Source of the DNA: Candidatus Aminicenantes bacterium
Lineage (GTDB): Bacteria > Acidobacteriota > Aminicenantia > Aminicenantales > UBA4085
Direction: 5' to 3'
Length of the DNA: 64,000 nucleotides
NCBI GenBank assembly: GCA_003141555.1
Contig: PLMN01000015.1
Span: 9,411 to 73,410, forward strand
The translations under genes were made by a program, and so were the position numbers. Position 1 is the stretch's first letter. Each line of letters opens with the position of its first letter. Of this stretch, positions 58,859-64,000 are shown one piece after another. Below the pieces are notes generated by a model. It ran no database searches, was not told the origin of the DNA, and saw only the letters and a list, made by a program, of their open reading frames with translations.

Positions 58859-59220
58859 GGCCGGAGCGGGACATAAGCCGAATTCTGTTCCCGCCGTGAA
58901 GCGGGGGCGGTTATTTGTCTGGGCCCGCGGTTACCCGCGGGCTCGAGCGGCCGACCCACCCCAAGGACGGGCCGTCCCATAAGGGGTTCGTTTGGCCTTG
59001 CTCCGGATGGGGTTTGCCCTGCCCCCGGCGTCGCCGCCGGGGCGGTGAGCTCTTACCTCACCTTTTCACCCTTGCCCTTGCGGGCGGTGTCTTTTCTGTG
59101 GCACTTTCCCCCGGTCGCCCGGAGTCGCCGTTAGCGACCATCCTGCCCTGCGGAGTTCGGACTTTCCTCCCCCGGTCCCCGCAAAGGGAGCCGGGAGCAA
59201 CCGCCTCGCCCGCTCCGGCC
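58859..59220 (-). ncRNA. rnpB: RNase P RNA (type A)
   Basis: GAGGAAAGTCCG, GAAAGTGCCACAGAAA, GGTAAGAGC, GGCAAACCCC...GAGCAAGGC, ACAGAATTCGGCTTAT; P1 pairing GGCCGGAGCGGG/CCCGCTCCGGCC. Confidence 0.96.
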
Positions 59221-59246
59221 GCGAGAGCCGTTGCCGGCTCACATCC

Positions 59247-59358
59247 CTTATACAGGTTGGAGGAAGGCATGTCAACCCGCTCGCCGCGCAGCCGGGCGGG
59301 CCGGCTCGGCCGCAAGAAATAGATTATCGTTGACAGGCGCGAGGTTCTCTTATAGATT
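59247..59358. promoter_or_regulatory. Divergent promoters for rnpB and the downstream membrane protein
   Basis: Minus: TTGACA(59275-59270)-17-TATAAG. Plus: TTGACA(59330-59335)-17-TAGATT(59353-59358). Confidence 0.55.
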
Positions 59359-59370
59359 TCTGACGTAAAA

Positions 59371-61449
59371 ATGCCAACTTCGCCGAAGTTTCTACGTGAT
59401 AACGTCCGGGACGTGTCCTTTAAGGCCGTCCTGTCCGTCCTCGCCCTGGCGGCAATGGCCTACGAAATCGCCCGGGCGATCGGCGTTTCGTTCACTATCG
59501 ACGAGGCGTCCACATTCCTGATCTACGTCAGGGGCGGATTTCTCGGCCTCTTCAATTTCAATGAGGCCAACAACCACTTCCTGAACTCGGTCCTGACCAA
59601 GATCTGCTATGTGGCGGGCGGGAACCATGATCTCGTCCTCCGCCTGCCGAACCTGGCGGGGTTTGCCCTTTACCTGGTATTCGGATACCTCATCCTCAAG
59701 ACGTTCACCCGCCGGATGGCGGTCCTGCTCGGATTCGTTCTCTTGATCGCGAATGCCTATGTCCTGGACTTTTTTTCTTTATGCCGAGGATACGGGCTGG
59801 CCCTGGGATTCCTGATGGCCGCCGTCTATCTGTTCCTTACCTTTCTCTCGCGCTATCCGAAGGAAGGTATGCGGAACGCCTCTTTCCTGACGGGGGCCCT
59901 GGTCTGCGCCGCCTTCCCCGTGTTCAGCAATTTCAATCTGTTGAACGTCTACCTCAGCCTGGTCGCCGTCGCGTTCTTTGTGATCGTCGTCTTCAACAAG
60001 CGGAACCGGGATCGTTCCCCCGCCGCGGCGATCGATTCCCCCCGTCCGCGCCCCCATAAAAAAGCATATGTCGTGGGAATTGCCCTCATCGGCCTCTTCA
60101 ACATTCTGGTCATCTCCCAGGACGTGGACCTGACCCCCAAGCTTTTCAAGCCGGTGACGGTCCGGCTGAACGGCATCTCCCCCGCGGCGTCGGCCGGGGT
60201 GGTCATTAATGGCCGCGATTACAAGAAAAGGGACATCCCGTTCCGATTTTCGGACGGCGCCTGGTCGATCAATCCGGGGAGCTTCCTGACCGGGATTCAT
60301 TTCGTGATCCCGAAGGCGGCCCTGGCCGGGGTCCGCGAACTCGAGATCCGCATCGGCGACGAGATCTTCAGCACCAACGGGGATAAGCTTCGGGCCGAAT
60401 CGGAATCGCATTCCCAGCTCATCATGGACAACCAATATTATGTTTCGCTCAAGAGGGCGGCGCTCCCCCTCTTTGAGCGGGCCATCAACTGGGCAGGTGA
60501 TTCGAACCACCTGGCCCAAGTCGGGCTGCGCTTCCTGTGGCTGGTCTTGATCTTTGGCTGCGGGGCGGCCTTGCTCTACGGGCTCGACAGGCTCTTTGTC
60601 CGGTTCGGAATCCTTCGTTCCGGGCAATGGCCCCGGCTGGCGATTCCGACCCTGGCCCTCGGCGCGATCATCGCTTATCCGGTCTTCATGCTCAAGGAAA
60701 GCCCGGAGTTCATCTGGGGAGGACAGACCGGATTCGTTCATGATACCGTGAAGTCCGTCATCGAAGGATCGTATTACGGACAGGATTATTTCCCGGCTCA
60801 GATCAAGGCCGTCGCCTTCATCGCTCTCCTGGCGATCGCGATTTTCGCGGCGGCCGTCCGGGTCCATGTCCGGAGGAAGAGCCTGTCCAGGCTGATCCCT
60901 TCCGCTTTCTGCCTCGTCGTCCTGATCCTTGTCTCCCTCGCCGTGCTGCTCCAGCGGGTTCTTCTGAACAACCCGTACCCCAAAGGGCGGACGGCGCTGT
61001 TTTACATCCCTCTGTCGGTCTTGTTCCTGGTATTTTCCTGCGATGCGCTTCGAGATGCGGGCCGGGCGGGCCGATGGATCGCACTCTCGTTTCTGGCGGG
61101 CTTGTCCGTCCTGGCGACTTATCATTTTTTACGGACGGCGAATACGGCGATCACCGAGGAGTGGCGCTGGGATGCGGATATCGATGACATCGTCACGGAC
61201 ATCGAGCATCTCAAGGCCGAGCGCTATGCCTCCCTGCCGAGGCTTCGTCTCGGCGTCGATGGCGACGTCATCATGTCTCTCTATTACTACGTCGATCAGA
61301 AGAGCCTGGGGTGGCTCGACGTCCGCGATTACGATGAGCGCCCGGACAATGACCTTTACCTTCTGCGCGTGCCGTTCGACCCGGCCCGGATGGTGCTCAT
61401 CAAGCGTTATCCCGCCTCCGGGGACATCCTCGTCCAGGCAAAACGCTAG
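59371..61449 (+). CDS. Polytopic membrane protein, probable GT-C fold glycosyltransferase with inserted soluble domain
   Basis: IDEA acidic motif after TM1, NNHFLNS, RGYGL, many TMs. Confidence 0.55.
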   Translation: MPTSPKFLRDNVRDVSFKAVLSVLALAAMAYEIARAIGVSFTIDEASTFLIYVRGGFLGLFNFNEANNHFLNSVLTKICYVAGGNHDLVLRLPNLAGFALYLVFGYLILKTFTRRMAVLLGFVLLIANAYVLDFFSLCRGYGLALGFLMAAVYLFLTFLSRYPKEGMRNASFLTGALVCAAFPVFSNFNLLNVYLSLVAVAFFVIVVFNKRNRDRSPAAAIDSPRPRPHKKAYVVGIALIGLFNILVISQDVDLTPKLFKPVTVRLNGISPAASAGVVINGRDYKKRDIPFRFSDGAWSINPGSFLTGIHFVIPKAALAGVRELEIRIGDEIFSTNGDKLRAESESHSQLIMDNQYYVSLKRAALPLFERAINWAGDSNHLAQVGLRFLWLVLIFGCGAALLYGLDRLFVRFGILRSGQWPRLAIPTLALGAIIAYPVFMLKESPEFIWGGQTGFVHDTVKSVIEGSYYGQDYFPAQIKAVAFIALLAIAIFAAAVRVHVRRKSLSRLIPSAFCLVVLILVSLAVLLQRVLLNNPYPKGRTALFYIPLSVLFLVFSCDALRDAGRAGRWIALSFLAGLSVLATYHFLRTANTAITEEWRWDADIDDIVTDIEHLKAERYASLPRLRLGVDGDVIMSLYYYVDQKSLGWLDVRDYDERPDNDLYLLRVPFDPARMVLIKRYPASGDILVQAKR

Positions 61450-61485
61450 GCCGCGCCGGCTTCCCGGCGCGGACCGGGACGGACC

Positions 61486-63111
61486 TTGACAGGCCCCCGG
61501 AATTCGGAAAAGATATCCGTGGCCTTGAAAAAAATATCCGCCCTGCAGCTGATTCTTGTCCTGAGCGCCGTCCTTTTTGCGGCCGGCATCTGGTGGGGGC
61601 TTCCGGACGGGCGCGGCTGGGCTCCCGACGAGCTCACCCCGTCGATCGTCGTGGACGGACTCCGGCGGCTTTTTTCCCATGGATGGTTCGGCCGGTATCC
61701 CCCCTTTCATTTTTATCTCTTGAGCCTCCTCTATGCCCCGCTCCTGATCCTCCATAAGCTGCGGGCCCTCGATCTCCGCCAGCTGTCCAACTACGCGATC
61801 CTGTTCTATATCGGGCGCGCGCTGAGCGTCCTGATGGGAACGGGGCTCGTCTATCTCATCTACAAGACCGGACGCGAGATCTTCGACCGTCGGGCCGCCC
61901 TTGGGGCCGCCTTGATAGCGGCCTTGACCGTGCCGCTCGAATATTACGCGAAAATGGTCAACCTGGATGTCCCCTATCTCTTCTGGTTCACCGCGTCGCT
62001 CTTCTTTTACGTCCGGATCCTCAAGACGGCCCGCTTGAAATATTACCTCCTCTTCGCCGCGACGGCCGTGATCGCCGTGTGCACCAAAGACCAGGCTTAC
62101 GGACTTTATCTCCTGGCCCCGCTGCCCATGATCTATTTCGACGCCGGGCGAAAGCGCCGCGCCGCCCCGAACCTGTCATGGGTCCGGTCTCTCTGGGACC
62201 GAAAATATCTTTGGGCCGTTCTCTTGGGGGCGGGCCTTTTCGCCCTCCTCCACAACTTCGCCTTCAATTTCCAGGGCTTCCTCCGGCACGTCTCCCTGAT
62301 CACGGGGGGCGCGAGCGAAAGCTACAGGATCTTTCCCCATTCGATCTCGGGGGAAATCAAGCTGCTGGGATTGACCGTCCGCCAGATCCAAGGATCCCTC
62401 GGCTGGCCGCTCTTCTTCTTATGCCTGGCGGGGTTGGCGATCGTCCTTGTCCGGAAGAAAGAAAGCTCGATTCTCCGCTCTCTTCCGGTATTCGCTCTCT
62501 CCTATTATCTCACTTATATTGCCCTCATCCTGTTCAACTGCGACCGCTACAATCTGCCTCTCTGCCTCCTTCTCTCGTTCTTCGGCGGGCGGGCGATCTC
62601 CGCGATCTGGGATGCGGCCCCCGCGAGATTCCGCTCGGCCGAAATCGCGATCCTGGCGATCGTCTTCGTCTTCAGCGCCTTCTCTTCCCTCTCCGTGGAC
62701 GCTCTCATGATCGCGGATTCCCGCTACGGCGTCGAGCGCTGGATGGACCGGAACATCCCCGCGGAGGCGGTGATCGGCCTCGCCGGCCCGGTCGAGTATG
62801 CTCCCCGGCAGAACTCCTTTCATTGGGTTTCTCTGCCCCTTTCCCTGGCGGAATTCCAAAAGGGACCTAAGCCCGATTACATCGTCTTCGCCTCGGCCTA
62901 CGGCCAGGGCTTCGCCGAGGGAACGCCGGAGCGGGAATTCTTTTCGGGATTCGCCGCGGCGGGCGATAAATACAGGCTCGTTCTTCGCTCCAGGACGGAT
63001 ATCCCCTGGCTCGTCGTCCGCTATCGGAACGTCGGGACGAACGTCGACGCTATCAATCCCGAAATCCAGGTTTACAAGAGATCGAGCCCGGCTCGAGAAC
63101 GGCGGCCTTGA
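61486..63111 (+). CDS. ArnT/PMT-like GT-C (GT39/GT83-type) glycosyltransferase
   Basis: WAPDE, YPPFH, GRALSVLMG, NLDVP, TKDQA; start uncertain (TTG 61486 or GTG 61519). Confidence 0.75.
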   Translation: MTGPRNSEKISVALKKISALQLILVLSAVLFAAGIWWGLPDGRGWAPDELTPSIVVDGLRRLFSHGWFGRYPPFHFYLLSLLYAPLLILHKLRALDLRQLSNYAILFYIGRALSVLMGTGLVYLIYKTGREIFDRRAALGAALIAALTVPLEYYAKMVNLDVPYLFWFTASLFFYVRILKTARLKYYLLFAATAVIAVCTKDQAYGLYLLAPLPMIYFDAGRKRRAAPNLSWVRSLWDRKYLWAVLLGAGLFALLHNFAFNFQGFLRHVSLITGGASESYRIFPHSISGEIKLLGLTVRQIQGSLGWPLFFLCLAGLAIVLVRKKESSILRSLPVFALSYYLTYIALILFNCDRYNLPLCLLLSFFGGRAISAIWDAAPARFRSAEIAILAIVFVFSAFSSLSVDALMIADSRYGVERWMDRNIPAEAVIGLAGPVEYAPRQNSFHWVSLPLSLAEFQKGPKPDYIVFASAYGQGFAEGTPEREFFSGFAAAGDKYRLVLRSRTDIPWLVVRYRNVGTNVDAINPEIQVYKRSSPARERRP

Positions 63112-63133
63112 AGCGAGAGCGGAGCCGGGTTTC

Positions 63134-64000
63134 TCAGGAGCCCAAGCGCCGTCCGGCCCAAATCTGGCGGAGGACTTTTCCTTTCCGAAAGATGGTCATC
63201 TCGATCTTGGTCTGAAACCGGCCGGTGATGAGAGCCCAGCCGTATCCGAGCGTCCTCAGCGGATGGGCCAGCATCTTGATGAGGAAGTATTGAACATAGA
63301 GCCATTTCCGGAAAGCCGCCAGCTTCCGGTAATCCGCCCGCCAGGTCGGGGTGAACGTCAGGTCCTCGAATGATCTCGCCGCGCCGCCCATGGGCAGGAA
63401 GATTCGCGAGCCGGGCATCGGGGTGATGATGAACAAGGCGACCTCGTCGACCCCGAGCCAGGCCAGCCGCCGGACCAAGGCCGCCGTCAGCGACCGATCC
63501 GCGGCCGTCTCGCCGGGATAACCGAGCACAAAGCAGCTCTGGGAATAGATCCTGCTCCGCTTCAGCCACCGTCCGACTCGGACGGCGTGGTCCAGGTCCA
63601 CCCGTTTGCCCATCCTCTCGAGGAGGTGCCGGGAACCGGACTCCGGAGAAAACGACACATAGCGGCAGCCCGCCGCCGACATCGCCCGAATGGTTTCCTC
63701 ATCGAGCGACTCCAGCTTGGTTCCCTGGGCGAGCTTCCAGGTCACGTCGAGCTTCCGGTCCGTCAGGATCCGGCTCAATCGGATCATGCGCTTCCGGTCC
63801 AGGGTGGGATTCACGTCCTCGACATGGAACTCATCGACCTGGAACCTGCCCTTCATATCCTGGATCTCGTCGGCGACGCTCTCCGCGGACCGTGCGATCC
63901 AGCGCCGGGCGCTGACCTCAGGCGTGATGCAGAATCCGCAATCGAACGGGCACCCGCGCGACGTGAGGAGGACGAGATATCGATGCGTGGTGAACGGGGC
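63134..64000 (-). CDS. Radical SAM protein, probably B12-binding class (5' end outside window)
   Basis: Frame open to base 64000: TSRGCPFDCGFC, FHVEDVN, AGCRYVSFSPESGS, FVLGYPGET. Confidence 0.85.
   Translation of the reverse strand, partial: APFTTHRYLVLLTSRGCPFDCGFCITPEVSARRWIARSAESVADEIQDMKGRFQVDEFHVEDVNPTLDRKRMIRLSRILTDRKLDVTWKLAQGTKLESLDEETIRAMSAAGCRYVSFSPESGSRHLLERMGKRVDLDHAVRVGRWLKRSRIYSQSCFVLGYPGETAADRSLTAALVRRLAWLGVDEVALFIITPMPGSRIFLPMGGAARSFEDLTFTPTWRADYRKLAAFRKWLYVQYFLIKMLAHPLRTLGYGWALITGRFQTKIEMTIFRKGKVLRQIWAGRRLGS

Overview
High-GC bacterial chromosomal segment, densely coding, with no CRISPR array, integrase, transposase or prophage genes that I could recognise. Gene content suggests an anaerobic, Gram-negative peptide scavenger, possibly Ca. 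Aminicenantes or Acidobacteriota-like (inference only). In order: asnS-rimO-pgpA-cinA-thpR-plsY-gpsA-TPR lipoprotein; ahcY; an M28+M19 peptidase fusion, a CBM9-like protein, an M16 pair, ftcD and a GGDEF protein; a ZnuABC-type transporter; pepD; alpha-2-macroglobulin with pbpC; ridA; an FmdB-like protein with hydantoinase/oxoprolinase A and B; a beta-barrel, S8 protease and GHL10; a NusG paralogue, nitrilase and Xaa-Pro peptidase; initiator tRNA-Met; nuoJKLMN only; a FadL-like porin, DUF6807, M14 peptidase, HI0933 flavoprotein, MFS, UvrD, YigZ and spermidine synthase-like protein; RNase P RNA; two GT-C-like proteins; and a partial radical SAM gene. The most notable observations are an M16 pair in which both subunits lack the zinc ligands, a RidA with a Tat-like signal and two SD-equipped starts, a separately promoted nuoJ-N module, a structured ahcY leader, and repeated leaderless or short-leader promoter-ATG arrangements. 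Many starts were trimmed from the ORF track by eye.
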